This document shows positions 51,196 through 64,000 of a DNA stretch of 64,000 nt, piece after piece (position 1 is the first letter of the stretch; every line of letters begins with the position of its first letter). Both the position numbers and the translations under genes were made by a program. The stretch is from positions 10,478,001-10,542,000 of the forward strand of contig NC_043003.1 of the NCBI RefSeq assembly GCF_006345805.1, written 5' to 3'. The notes beneath the pieces were generated by a model. The model did not search any database. It saw nothing but the letters and a program-made list of their open reading frames with translations, and was not told where the DNA came from. The stretch is from Octopus sinensis. Its lineage: Eukaryota.

Positions 51196-51884
51196 GTAGA
51201 TGTATATAGGCGTTTATGTATATCTACATACGCATATATATATATATATATATACTCATGTATATATGTATATTTGTATATACGTATCTATGTATTTGTA
51301 TATATTTCTATACATACACCTATATTATATGTATATATATGAATATATATATGTATGTGTGTTTGTATATATATATATATGTGTGTGTGTATGTATGTAT
51401 GTAGATGTATATAGGCGTATATGTGTATCTACATACGCATATATTTATATAAATGTGTACATATATACATGTATATATATATATATATATATATTTGTAT
51501 ATATGTATCTATGTATTTGTATATATTTCTATACATATACCTATATTATATGTATATATGTGCGTGTGCGTGTGCGTGTGCGTTTGTATGTACGTATATT
51601 CTCGATATCTGACCTTGCGATCGATCGCTGTCATGAAATAATAAGTCACTGTGACTTCGATACTAGTAATTCTCCGAAAGCAAGATTTCTGTCTCTGCGT
51701 CAATCTCATTCTCAGTCTTTCTCTGCTTTTGTTGAAAATATTTCCTCAGCTTTTTATTATTATATCGAGCAAGACCTACTATATATTTGCAAGTATTACG
51801 CAACGCTCTAGAAGTACAGCGAAAATTATGCAATTAGAATATTAGGAAGTTTCTACAAACGTCACACAGAGTATTTATTCAGTA

Positions 51885-52170
51885 GGCGTAGTAGTGGCTG
51901 TGTGGTAAGCAGCTTGCTTACCAACCACATGGTTCCAGGTTCAGTCCTACTGCGTGGCACCTTGGGAAAATGTCTTCTACTATAGTCTTGTGTGTGGATT
52001 TGGTAGACAGAAACTGAAAGAAGCCCGTCGTATATATGTATGTATATGCGTATGCATGTGTGTGTATATGTTTGTGTGTCTGTGTTTGTCCCCCCCAATA
52101 CCCGATTCTGGTGTGTTTACGTCCCCGCAACTTAGCGGTTCGGCAAAGAGACCGATATAATAAGTACTTG
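51885..52170 (+). mobile_element. SINE family A, cut at ...ccgatataataagtact by a Tx1 fragment
   Basis: Head through gttcggcaaagagaccgatataataagtactt, then unrelated Tx1-type 3'UTR. Confidence 0.8.
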
Positions 52171-52512
52171 CCCAAAGTGCGTGAATAGATCCGGATAAGG
52201 GACAACAAAGTGGAGAAATGAAATGAAAGAAGATGAAGTAAAATAATGCAGAGTACACTAAAGTTAGTAGAATCCAAGGAAGTTTAGTTTTCTGTAATAA
52301 GTCGGAGGATATAAAAATCTGTGAACACTCACGGATATAAGGGCTTCAACGGGTCGTGGAGTCGTGGATGTAAAAGTCTGAAAAGTTTTAAAGGCTAAAT
52401 TCTTTTCGAAAGTTTAAGGATGCGCATAAGGTTTGTGGATATAGAAGTGAGTATAAAAGTAGATAGCAAGGTAGGTGGATAGACAGACAGAGAAGTAGGT
52501 AGGTAGGTATGC

Positions 52513-52547
<35 letters not shown>

Positions 52548-52960
52548 CAGACACTTTCCTTTTCAAGTGATACTTGAAGAAGTTGATGAGAGATTGACCA
52601 GAGAGGAAAGTGTTTGTCTCTAATCCTTTCAGATGCGTCCACCAGATACATTCTTTCGCCATAGCCACAAGTATTATAATAGCTCTTCCTTCCCGTTTGA
52701 AGGAAGGAGGCGTGACGATATTGACGATAGACTTGGCTGATAAACCGACTCGTCCCACACATGACAGCAGTCGTTCGACACTGGTTGGACACTGCACGAT
52801 TGATTGCAAAACGGTTTCGTCGCTCTGACCACATCTCGGGCAGGTCGGCCCCGTGTTTCTCGAACCGTGTCTGCAGAGCTTATCCCGAACGGGTAGCGCT
52901 TCTCGGCAGCACTGCCAGGCCAGGGATCTCAGATAATAAGTGTTCCCATGCCGGGAATCG
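52170..52960 (-). mobile_element. Tx1-like 3' fragment (ORF2 zinc finger/C-terminus + 3'UTR)
   Basis: GPTCPRCGQSDETV...VQCP...MAKECIWWTHLKGL...FFKYHLKRKV. The 3'UTR resembles that of element 4 (ttcatttcat...ttgtcc). Confidence 0.8.
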
Positions 52961-53034
52961 AACTAGTTAGATGGAATGGATAGATAGATAGACACATACA
53001 CCGATATATATATGTTGGACCACTGACCTCAACA

Positions 53035-53200
53035 CATTTTTTTTTCATTCTCTCTGTTTATCTTCTTATTCCTTTCTGTTAAAGAGCGTAGGCTCGAAAC
53101 GTAAAAGACTTTTCTATTTTTCCCGAGCGTCAAACTAATACATTTGCTTGTTGTTCCTACACCTGTCTTCGTCTTTGTTTTTCTATAAATTTGAACAATA
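53035..53200 (+). repeat. ~170-bp hammerhead-like repeat, copy 2
   Basis: cctttctgttaaagagcgtaggctcgaaacgtaaaaga. Confidence 0.7.
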
Positions 53201-53458
53201 TATGCACACACACACACAAAAGGTAAATTTTTTATGACCTACATTTGAGCGAGAGGAAAATATTGGGACGTTACCAGGTTTTGCAAGTATGTTTTTCTTT
53301 GTTGTTTGTGGTGTTGTTGCTGCCGCCACCACCGCTGCTGCTGCTGGTACTGTTGTTGTTCTTCTTCTTCTTCTTGCAGTTGTTGTTCAACTGCCGTGAA
53401 TGATGTACGTTACGAAAAAGAGAAAAGCAGGTCGAAAAAAAAATTGATTTTGGTGGGG

Positions 53459-53489
<31 letters not shown>

Positions 53490-53959
53490 GTTGAGAAACA
53501 GTGCACAGCATGCTTACTGTTCGGCATATCGATACGCATGCGCAGATTCGACCTGCAGGAGTGGTTCCGCTCAACCTAAATATGAATGTATGCCACGCCA
53601 CGAATATTAGTAACACAATCGAACCGTAGACGTTTAGAACACACCTTTACTCCTCTATGTGAGCGGGGGCGTAAGTGATTGCATATGCATGTGTGTGTAT
53701 CTGTGGTGTGTGTTTTTGCATGTGTGTGTGTGTATGTTTATGCGGATGTGTATGTATTTGCGAGTCTATGTATGTCTGAGAGGGGTTTTTTTATGTGCGT
53801 ACAGTGGAAACGGCCATGGATGGGTGGAAATATTGTGCGGTAATTTATGAATGACCTGAAGGATGTGAAGGAGAGGAGGAAACTGATGTCACATTTATAA
53901 AATGGCATTTGCTTCGTTCCGAAAATACAAATCAGCAGAGACTATAATGGTGCGGATAT

Positions 53960-53966
53960 ATGCATA

Positions 53967-54000
<34 letters not shown>

Positions 54001-54528
54001 TGTAAACGTGTGTGTATATGTGTGTGTGCGTGTATGTGTGCAGGTGTGTGTGTGTGTGCATGCGTGTGTGTGTGCGCATGTGTGTATGTGTTCGTGTGTG
54101 CGTGTTTGTGTGCGTGTATGTGAGAGTGTGCGTGTGTTTGTATGCGTGTGTGTGTGCCTGTGCGTGTGCGCGCTCGTGTGTTCGTGCGTGTGTGTGCATG
54201 TGCATGTGTGTATGTGTGTGTTTGTGTGTGTGTACGTGTGTATGTGTGTGTGCGTGTGTGTGTGTGCGTGTGCATGTGTGTGCGTGTGTGTATGTGTGTG
54301 TGTATGCGTGTATGTGTAAGTTCTGTTGTATTTGTAATTATTTGCAGCCTTCCTCTAAGCAAGACGCTGGTTTCTAACAAAGATACACATTTCCATTGTT
54401 GGAATCTGCAGAGAACAGAAGACAATGTCACATTTTCACCTTGGCGCTGTTTGCCATACTTTCACTTTCCCGTTCGCACATTGGATTCGGAATGTGCGAG
54501 CTGGCTGCTTCATGTACGTTCCTATGTA

Positions 54529-54559
<31 letters not shown>

Positions 54560-55215
54560 ATGTATGTATGTATGTATGTGTATCTATGTATGTTTGTGTG
54601 TATGTATGTATGTATGTTTGTATGTATGTATTATGTACGTATGTACGTATGTATGTATGTATTTATGTACGTATGTACGTATGTACGTATGTATGTATGT
54701 ATGTATTTATGTACGTATGTACGTATATACATATGTACGTATGTATGTATGTATGTACGCACGCACGTATGTATGTACGTATGTATGTATGTATGTATGT
54801 ATGTATGTGTATCTATGTATGTTTGTATGTATGTTTGTATGTATGTATGTATGTATGTATGTATGTATGTACGTACGTATGTATGTATGTATGTATGTAT
54901 GTATTTATGTACGTATGTACGTATATACATATGTATGTATGTATTTATGTACGTATATACATATGTATGTATGTATTTATGTACGTATGTACGTATATAC
55001 ATATGTACGTATGTATGTATGTAGGTACGCACGCACGTATGTATGTACGTATGTGCGTATGTATGTATGTACTATATATGTATGTATATACGTATGCACT
55101 ACGTATATATGTATGTATATATGTGTGTATGTATGTATATACGTATGCACTACGTATATATGTATGTATATATGTGTGTATGTATGTATTATGTTTTATG
55201 TATGTATGTCGTATG
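53960..55215. repeat. (TG)n and (TATG)n microsatellite blocks
   Basis: Direct inspection. Confidence 0.95.
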
Positions 55216-55335
55216 TATGTCTGCCTGAACATTCTCTCCTGTTTTTTTAATTATTTGTTAGATACCATCTCCTTGGAGGAAAATTTCAAATAATTAAAAA
55301 TACAAGGGAACATGTATATATGTGTGTATGTGTCT

Positions 55336-55395
<60 letters not shown>

Positions 55396-55400
55396 TATAT

Positions 55401-55598
55401 ATGAAATAGTGTACTTTTAAACACAAGAGAAAACTACCTTTAACAGTAATTTTACACGCTAGAATAAGCAGTCAAAACGACCAAACCACATTTAAGGGCA
55501 ATTGCTCTTAAATGTGGTTTTGGTCGTTTTGAATCTTATTCTAGCGTGTAAAAATTACCTGTTAAAGGTAGTTTTCTCTTGTGTTTAAAAGTACACTA

Positions 55599-55603
<5 letters not shown>
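55401..55603. repeat. ~200-bp near-perfect spacerless palindrome embedded in (TA)n
   Basis: Arms are complementary throughout, centred on gcaattgc (55498-55505), with a few mismatches or indels. Confidence 0.92.
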
Positions 55604-55634
<31 letters not shown>

Positions 55635-55637
<3 letters not shown>

Positions 55638-56035
55638 TTTACTCTTTTACTTGTTTCAGTCATTTGACTGCGGCCATGCTGGAGCACCATCTTTAGTCGA
55701 GCAAATCGACCCCGGGACTTATTCTTTGTAAGCCCAGTACTTATTTTATCGGTCTCTCTGGCAGAACCGCTAAGTGACGGGGAAGTAAACACACCAGCAT
55801 CGGTTGTCAAGCAATGCTAGGGGGACAAACACAGACACACAAACATATACACACACTTATATATATATATATACATATATACGACAGGCTTCTTTCAGTT
55901 TCCGTCTACCAAATCCACTCACAAGGCATTGGTCAGCCCGGGGTTATAGCAGAAGACACTTGCCCAAGATGCCACGCAGTGGGACTGAACCCGAAACCAT
56001 GTGGTTGTTTAGCAAGCTACTTACCACACAGCCAC
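55635..56035 (-). mobile_element. SINE family A, full length
   Basis: Reverse copy, close to 7414-7828. Confidence 0.9.
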
Positions 56036-56489
56036 ACTTATATTTATATACGTGTGTGTCTGTGTGTGTGCAGTGCTCTAAATACCACGGATATTGGTAA
56101 AACATCTGAATACGTTGACTGTGCAACAATAAAACGTACCGCAGATTCATGTTGTGTTTTATCTCTAACTCTTCCAGGAACTGCATGACAATGTCCAACT
56201 GAAGCACATGTTTTATATATTTGGAAGATGTAGTAAATGTTGATTAGATTGTCTTTGGTTCTTATCGATTCTGATTAAGGTCAGAATTGATATCGACACC
56301 ATTTGAACTCCGAGCGCAAACAGGTGTAACTAAGGCATACAACACAAGACATAACCTGTCGCTGAAGCGATTCTCTCAAACTTCTTTTCTAGTATTGGTT
56401 CAAATACCTAGCACTGTCCTTAGACATACATATATCGATTAATCTTATCTTGCCTCTATATACTTAGATATGAAACAACTGTAAACTGT

Positions 56490-56900
56490 AGGCGTAGGAG
56501 TGGCTGGGTGGTAAGTAGCTTGCTTACCAACCACATGGTTTATTCCCACTGCGTGACACCTTGGGCAAGTGTCTTCTACTATAGCCTCGGGGCGACCAAA
56601 GCCTTGTGAGTGGATTTGGTAGGCGGAAACTGAAAGAAGCCTGTCGTATATATGTGTGTTTGTGTGTGTATGTATGTATGTATGTGTTTGTGTGTCTGTG
56701 TTTGTCCCCCCAACATCGCTTGACAACCGATGCTGGTGTGTTTACGTCCCCGTCACTTAGCGGTTCTGCCAGAGAGACCGATAGGATAAGTACTAGGCTT
56801 ACAAAGAATAAGCCTTGGTGTCGATTTGCTCGACTAAAGGCGGTACTCCAGCATGGCCGCAGTCAAATGACTAAAACAAATAAAAGGATAAAAGAATAAA
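56490..56900 (+). mobile_element. SINE family A, full length
   Basis: gtaggagtggctgggtggtaag...ccagcatggccgcagtcaaatgac. Confidence 0.9.
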
Positions 56901-57648
56901 AGAAACCCTAACCACTGAGCCACGCACATCCACAGCTCGATTCTTGCCGATCTTTGATCAAACAGATTCCAAACCTGACCACCACCGTATCATTAATCCC
57001 ATTATTTCTGAGCCAGTAACGACATATTTCGGTATTGTTTTCTATTTTGCAAGACGGTAAGGTGAAATTTGAGAAAAAGTACATTTAGCTGCTATTTCTA
57101 GCTAGCCTAACGACTAGATAACAGCTTCCTTGATGACTAGAAAACCAATACTTTTGAACTGAGCTGCCGTCTTTCCTACTAAGCCAAATTAGGAGAGTTT
57201 GTACAGAATCTTCCGGATTCTATGTCTTAAAACACATACGTCTATACGCATTCACAGACAAACACACCAACACGTACTTTACTGTACTTAACATCCACGG
57301 ATGAAGGGAAGTATAATATTATTCGACCTTTATACTTTGAATCAAAATGATATTGTGAAGGAAACGAACCAGACTGACATCTTACATGTTATATAGGTTA
57401 TCTCGAATTCTCGTTTGTGTATTATTATTATTTTTTTGTTTTTGGCTTTCTTTTGATTTATTTTCTCTGATTTATTTCGAGCATAATAATGCTGAATGCG
57501 AGCATTGTTTCACGTAATCTATAATGTATGTGTTAGTGTTTGCTAGTATAAAGGATATATATTATATATATATATTATATATATATAAATACATACATAT
57601 AGATACACATACATATATATATGTATACATTATTCATTGCGTACGTTA

Positions 57649-57698
<50 letters not shown>

Positions 57699-57744
57699 AT
57701 ACATATGATACACATACATATATGTATACATTATTCATACGTAC

Positions 57745-57779
<35 letters not shown>

Positions 57780-57840
57780 CATAATATAGATACACATACA
57801 TATATATATGTATACATATCATTAGCGTACGTTTAATATA

Positions 57841-57872
<32 letters not shown>

Positions 57873-58052
57873 GATACATACATATAGATACACATACATA
57901 TATATATGTATAAATATTCATTAGCGTACGTTATATATATATATATATATATATATAGATATATATATATATATATATATAACATATATAATGCATACAT
58001 ATACATTTACATAAATTATACACACTTATACAGAGATATATTTACATATCTA

Positions 58053-58101
<49 letters not shown>

Positions 58102-58163
58102 ACCTATGTACACCACCTATATATACACATACATTTGTGTGCTGTGGATGTCATATGTATTTA

Positions 58164-58195
<32 letters not shown>

Positions 58196-58315
58196 ATGTG
58201 TGTGTATATGTATTATATATATAACATATATAAAATCTATGTGTGCATATATGTGTGTATATATATATATATATAGTATATTATATATATATTATATATA
58301 TATATATATATCTGT

Positions 58316-59022
58316 GTGTGTGTGTGTGTTGTGTGTATGTATGTATGTATTCATTTCTTACATCATTCCACCCCCACATTCACTGTCATTTCTTCCCACT
58401 CACCAACCATCTTTCATTACATCTTCACCTGCATTCTTTAACTCTTCTTCTCATTTAATCTTATACAATCTTTTCTTCCAATGAGTCAATTACGGCGCTG
58501 CCAAAGAATTAACCCTTGGATAACGGTGAACAAATATATGGAGTTAAGCTCTTTACACTAGCTTGCATATGATCAGATCTCTTTATACATGCAGGTCCAT
58601 TCTTTACGGAAATAGCTATCATCACGTCGTCTGACGATTGTCCGGGTCAATACAGGTATGAAACTCTAAATGACGAACTGCTATGTTATATTAGAACTCT
58701 ATCAATACTTTTATTTCACCCTACGTTTGTATCGCACACTCTTATTTTGTTTCATGTTAATTCATTTAGAATGTATAGAAATGCGGGTATATAATTCTTG
58801 TATGTATGAGTGCATTTCTCATGTGTGTACACTTTTCTTATTTTCCTTCTCTTTCTCGTCCCTGTCTGCACCGTGCTCTAATATCCGACGAAGGACCTAG
58901 TCCGAAGCGTTATAGTTTTACACTATAACTTCCATTCTTTTCTGTAACTTTTTCTTTATTTCAGTGTCAGCATAAAAAATACATTTAACGTCCCCTGGAT
59001 CTTTGTTTTTTATTTTATTTGC

Positions 59023-59076
<54 letters not shown>

Positions 59077-59343
59077 AATATAAAAATAAATGTAGGAATA
59101 AACAAGTTAGACAGATAAATATATAAATTTTTTACTATATTTATACATTTCTGGCATTTCAGATACTAATGTAGTAAAACTTTACATATTGATCTGTCTA
59201 ACTTATTTATCCTTACATTTATTTCTATATCCGCTCGTTTAAGTCTCTTGAGTACTACTAAGTGTATTCTGTACGCAGAATATCTGATTGTCATCTATGA
59301 ACTATATACATACATACATACATACAGATAGATAGATAGATAA

Positions 59344-59375
<32 letters not shown>

Positions 59376-60067
59376 GTAGGTAGGTAGGTAGATAGATAGA
59401 TAGATAGATAGGTAGGTAGGTAGATAGATAGATAGATAGGCAGGCAGGCAGGCAGAAAGGCAGGCAGGCAGGCAGACAGGCGGACAGACAGACAGACAGA
59501 TAGATAGACAGACAGACTGATTGATTGATAGATAGATATAGACGGATAGATAGATATAGACGGATAGATAGACATAAAGAGAGATAGAGAGAGAGAGAGA
59601 CATAAAGAGATAGATAGATAGATAGATAGATAGATAAGTGTATATATATTTGAATGTGTTTATAGATAATGATAATAAAGAAAGACAGATGGGTGTTGCG
59701 CACATGATCATAAGATAGATTTAATAATATAAGCAATCTACGCTTTTCAAATCACGTATTTTAACAAGTCATTCGAGTATATAATATATGTAAATATGTA
59801 ACAACATTTGTATAGCAAAGATATTTCGTGCACGCATCACTTGTTTTCACTTTTTAAATGCCTTGTTTTTATGTTTTTTTATCTGTAATACCGTATTCAT
59901 TACAGTTCAGTTATTTCATTGGTTTCCAATATACTATACAATTTGACATGTCTAATGTTCTGTGATTGCTATGTTGATCTAAACCAAACAATGATGATGA
60001 AGATGATGATGATGATGATGATGTGGTTGTTCAGACCTGGGTACAATTCTGAACGAACAAAACAATC

Positions 60068-60140
<73 letters not shown>

Positions 60141-61376
60141 TCATTTCTTACATCATTCCACCCCCACATTCACTGTCATTTCTTCCCACTCACCAACCAT
60201 CTTTCATTACTCTTCACCTACATTCTTTAACTCTTCTTCTCATTTAATCTTATACAATCTTTTCTTCCAATGAGTCAATTACGGCGCTGCCAAAGAATTA
60301 ACCCTCGGATAACGGTGAACAAATATATGGAGTTAAGCTCTTTACACTAGCTCGCGTATGATCAGATCTCTTTATACATGCAGGTCCATTCTTTACGGAA
60401 ATAGCTATCATCACGTCGTCTGACGATTGTCCGGGTCAATACAGGTATGAAACTCTAAATGACGAACTGCTATGTTATATTAGAACTCTATCAATACTTT
60501 TATTTCACCCTACGTCTGTATCGCACACTCTTATTTTGTTTCATGTTAATTCATTTAGAATGTATAGAAATGCGGGTATATAATTCTTGTATGTATGAGT
60601 GCATTTCTCATGTGTGTACACTTTTCTTATCTTCCTTCTCTTTCTCGTCCCTGTCTGGACCGTGCTCTAATATCCGACGAAGGACCTAGTCCGAAGCGTT
60701 ATAGTTTTACACTATAACTTCCATTCTTTTCTGTAACTTTTTCTTTATTTTAGCGTCAGCATAAAAAATACGTTTAACGTCCCTTGGATCTTTGTTTTTT
60801 TGGGTTTTTTTATTTGCGTTACACACATACATACATACATACATACATACATACATACATACATACATACATAAATACATACATACATATTAAGGCGGCG
60901 AGCTGGCAGAAACGTTAGCACGCCGGGCGAAATGCGTCGCCGTATTTCGTCTGCCGTTACGTTCTGAGTTCAAATTCCGCCGAGGTTGACTTTGCCTTTC
61001 GTCCTTTCGGGGTTGATAAATTAAGTACCAGTTACGCACTGGGGACGATATAATCGATATAATCCGTTTGTCTATCCTTGTTTGTCCCCTCTGTGTTTGA
61101 CCCCTTGTGGGTAGTAAAGAAATATATACATACATATAAATATAGAAATAAATGTAGGGATAAACAAAATAGACAGATCAATATATAAAAATTTTACTAC
61201 ATTCATACATTTCTGGCATTTCATATATTTATATAGTAAAACTTTATATTGATCTGTCTAACTTATTATCCCTACATTTATTTCTATATCCGCTCGTTTA
61301 AGTCTTTAGTACTACTAAGTGTATTCTGTACGCAGAATATCTGATTGTCATCTATGAACTATATACATACATACAT

Positions 61377-61429
<53 letters not shown>

Positions 61430-62100
61430 CTGGCAGGCAGAAAGGCAGGCAGGCAGGCAGACAGGCGGACAGACAGACAGACAGACAGATAGACAGACAG
61501 ACAGACTGATTGATAGATAGATAGATAGATAGATAGATATAGACGGATAGATAGACATAAAGAGAGATAGAGAGAGAGAGAGACATAAAGAGATAGATAG
61601 AGAGAGAGAGAGAGATAGATAGATAGATAGATAGATAGATAAGTGTATATATATTTGAATGTGTTTATAGATAATGATAATAAAGACAAGACAGATGGGT
61701 GTTGCGCACATGATCATAAGATAGATTTAATAATATAAGCAATCTACGCTTTTCAAATCACGTATTTTAACAAGTCATTCGAGTATATAATATATGTAAA
61801 TATGTAACAACATTTGTATAGCAAAGATATTTCGTGCACGCATCACTTGTTTTCACTTTTTAAATGCCTTGTTTTTATGTTTTTTTATCTGTAATACCGT
61901 ATTCATTACAGTTCAGTTATTTCATTGGTTTCCAAATATACTATACAATTTGACATGTCTAATGTTCTGTGATTGCTATGTTGATCTAAACCAAACAATG
62001 ATGATGAAGATGATGATGATGATGATGTGGTTGTTCAGACCTGGGTACAATTCTGAACGAACAAAACAATCATATATATATGTGCGTGTGTGTGTGTGTG
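58316..62100. repeat. ~1.8-kb tandem segmental duplication (2 copies; copy 2 starts at ~60110)
   Basis: Long near-identical unique segments, e.g. caatgagtcaattacggcgctgccaaag at ~58479 and ~60268. Copy 2 has an extra SINE. Confidence 0.93.
60891..61125 (+). mobile_element. SINE family B, full length, Tx1-like tail, 12-bp TSD atacatacatat
   Basis: taaggcggcgagctggcagaaacg...gagttcaaattcc...ccccttgtgggtagtaaagaaata. TSD at 60879-60890 and 61126-61137. Absent from duplicate copy 1. Confidence 0.9.
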
Positions 62101-62134
62101 TATACATATGATTGACTGCTAGCCCCTAAAGATC

Positions 62135-62300
62135 TTTTTTTATTTTCTCTTTGTTTATTTCCTCGTGTTCCTTTCTGTTGAAGAGCGTAGGCCCGAAAAG
62201 TAAAAGAATTTTTCACCTTCTCGAGCGTCAAACTAATACACCTGTTTGTTGTTCGTACACCTGTCTTCATTTTTTGTTTTTCTGTAAATTCCAACTATAT
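62135..62300 (+). repeat. ~170-bp hammerhead-like repeat, copy 3
   Basis: cctttctgttgaagagcgtaggcccgaaaagtaaaaga. Confidence 0.68.
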
Positions 62301-62471
62301 ATATATATATATACATACATACAATGAAAAATACACATTCTGTATAGGACATACCAATGAGTGAAAATACGTAAACACACGAAAAAAAAGTACAGGACAA
62401 AATACCAGAAGAAGATAACTCCTCATCAGTTGTCGTCTATTTATTACTCCTATATATATATATATATATAG

Positions 62472-62512
<41 letters not shown>

Positions 62513-63311
62513 ATATAAATAAGATATATATATATATAGTGTGTGTATATATATATAATTTAATATATATAATTTAATATATATAATTCAATTTTTTGAT
62601 TATTGAATTGATAAAAGGTGTTTTTTTTCTAATTCATATATATATATATATATATTATATTTTGTGAAATTTGATTTAGTTTTTTTAAATTGAATTTTTT
62701 CCTGTAAGTTTGGAATATTATTCCCTCATATTATTATATATATGCATTTGTGGGTACAGGACGTCACCAGTTGTGTAAACAACATGAAATACCAAAAGAA
62801 ACGAGTTAACTACGCAAACAACGAGAGAGAAAATGGAAACAGGACAAGTAAACACAGAGAACGACCCTTCATCAGTTGTTGACGTTCCAAACGTAACCAA
62901 CACGTTTTTTTTTTCGTGTAATGACCTAATGTGTAAAACCAGGACTGCGAGTTTGCGTTACAAAATAGATTTTACTCTTTAGTACTGTTACTACTTATTT
63001 CTCGCGCAGAGAAATAAAAACTGAATGTTTTCCTCTGAACACATCTGCATTTCTTGTTTTTAGGTATTAGAGAATGATTGAGAAAGATTTGGTTAGTATT
63101 TCTAGCATGATTAGCTACGACACAGGAGCTCCCTCGTTGCGTGAAACCTCTGTTTCCGTGTCTCATAAAGGCAGTCGTTTGCTTTTGCAAGCTTTAAACT
63201 ATTTACTTAGCATAACGCTATTCCGTTAAATGAAAGTGTCCTCCGATATTTGCGTCGAATATTTTGCTATTGGTATTATTTATGAGAGGCTTGTGTGCGT
63301 GCATGCGTGCA

Positions 63312-63342
<31 letters not shown>

Positions 63343-63544
63343 GAGTGTGTGTGTGTGTATGTGTTTGCTTGTTTATCCGAGCGTGTATATGTATAATCAA
63401 GAGGTAGCGGTGTGGTGCATCCATTTGAGGTTTCAATTTAAATACTTGAAATATTTAATCATTATTTTTGCCTACATCCATTCACATTCATTCGCGCATA
63501 GCTAAACATACAAACCATATATAAACACACACACACACACACAT

Positions 63545-63576
<32 letters not shown>

Positions 63577-63940
63577 ATACACACACCCACACACATACAC
63601 ACATACATACACACACACACATACACACACACACACACACACATACACACACACACATGCACACGTACTTATCGCTGAGATGGTTGACAACTATCATCTT
63701 GTTTGGGATTTACCCATTGGTGTCAGGTTAAACGAAGAGCAAAATGAAATTAAATTGATGTTATCGCAACAATATGGCCGAGCCAAATCAACAGACCTTG
63801 TCCTTTTGTACTTTTTTTAAAAATTAATTCACGAAAGTTTAAGATGTATTTATATGCCACGGCTGCCTGTACACATTCCGGCGAAAGTTTCAACATGAAA
63901 AATATTAACCTATTTACCACGCAGAAGACTATTTTTTTTT

Positions 63941-64000
63941 AAGCACTCCGTCGGTTACGACGATGAGGGTTCCGGTTGATCCGACCAACGGAACAGCCTG
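63941..64000 (-). mobile_element. SINE family C 3' end (continues past the window)
   Basis: aagcactccgtcggttacgacgatgagggttccggttgatccg. Confidence 0.85.

Noticed and set aside
62395-62900. CTGATGA motifs on the minus strand (~62425, ~62872) as further hammerheads
   Set aside because: I could not build complete stems I-III with a downstream GAAA; probably truncated remnants.

Overview
Repeat-dominated metazoan genomic DNA with one 100-N gap at about 39246-39345. It is most likely Octopus or another coleoid cephalopod, inferred from the tRNA-derived CORE-type SINEs and very large (TA/TG/TATG)n tracts. I found no recognisable host protein-coding gene, and almost all listed ORFs beyond 13 kb are microsatellite artefacts. 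Positions 1-12.6 kb hold four different L1-clade Tx1-like non-LTR retrotransposons, all on the minus strand. (1) A nearly intact ORF1+ORF2 (APE-RT) element runs off the left edge. (2) A 1.9-kb element with a 15-bp TSD carries ORF1 only. (3) A 3.4-kb element with a 16-bp TSD has ORF1, APE and the ORF2 C-terminus but no RT. (4) A 2.0-kb element with an 11-bp TSD carries ORF1 only and has tandem RNA hairpins with compensatory base changes. The non-poly(A) 3' end of elements 2 and 3 matches the tail of one SINE family in the window, and a second SINE family shares its tail with a CR1-like LINE. A type I hammerhead ribozyme motif with an intact core and an unusually long stem II lies at about 15.55 kb, and a dispersed ~170-bp repeat family carries a variant hammerhead. 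Also present are degenerate mariner/Tc1 elements and MITEs, non-autonomous Helitrons, CR1, RTE and Penelope fragments, several long palindromes, a ~443-bp tandem array ending in a fold-back, and a ~1.8-kb tandem duplication with a copy-specific SINE insertion.
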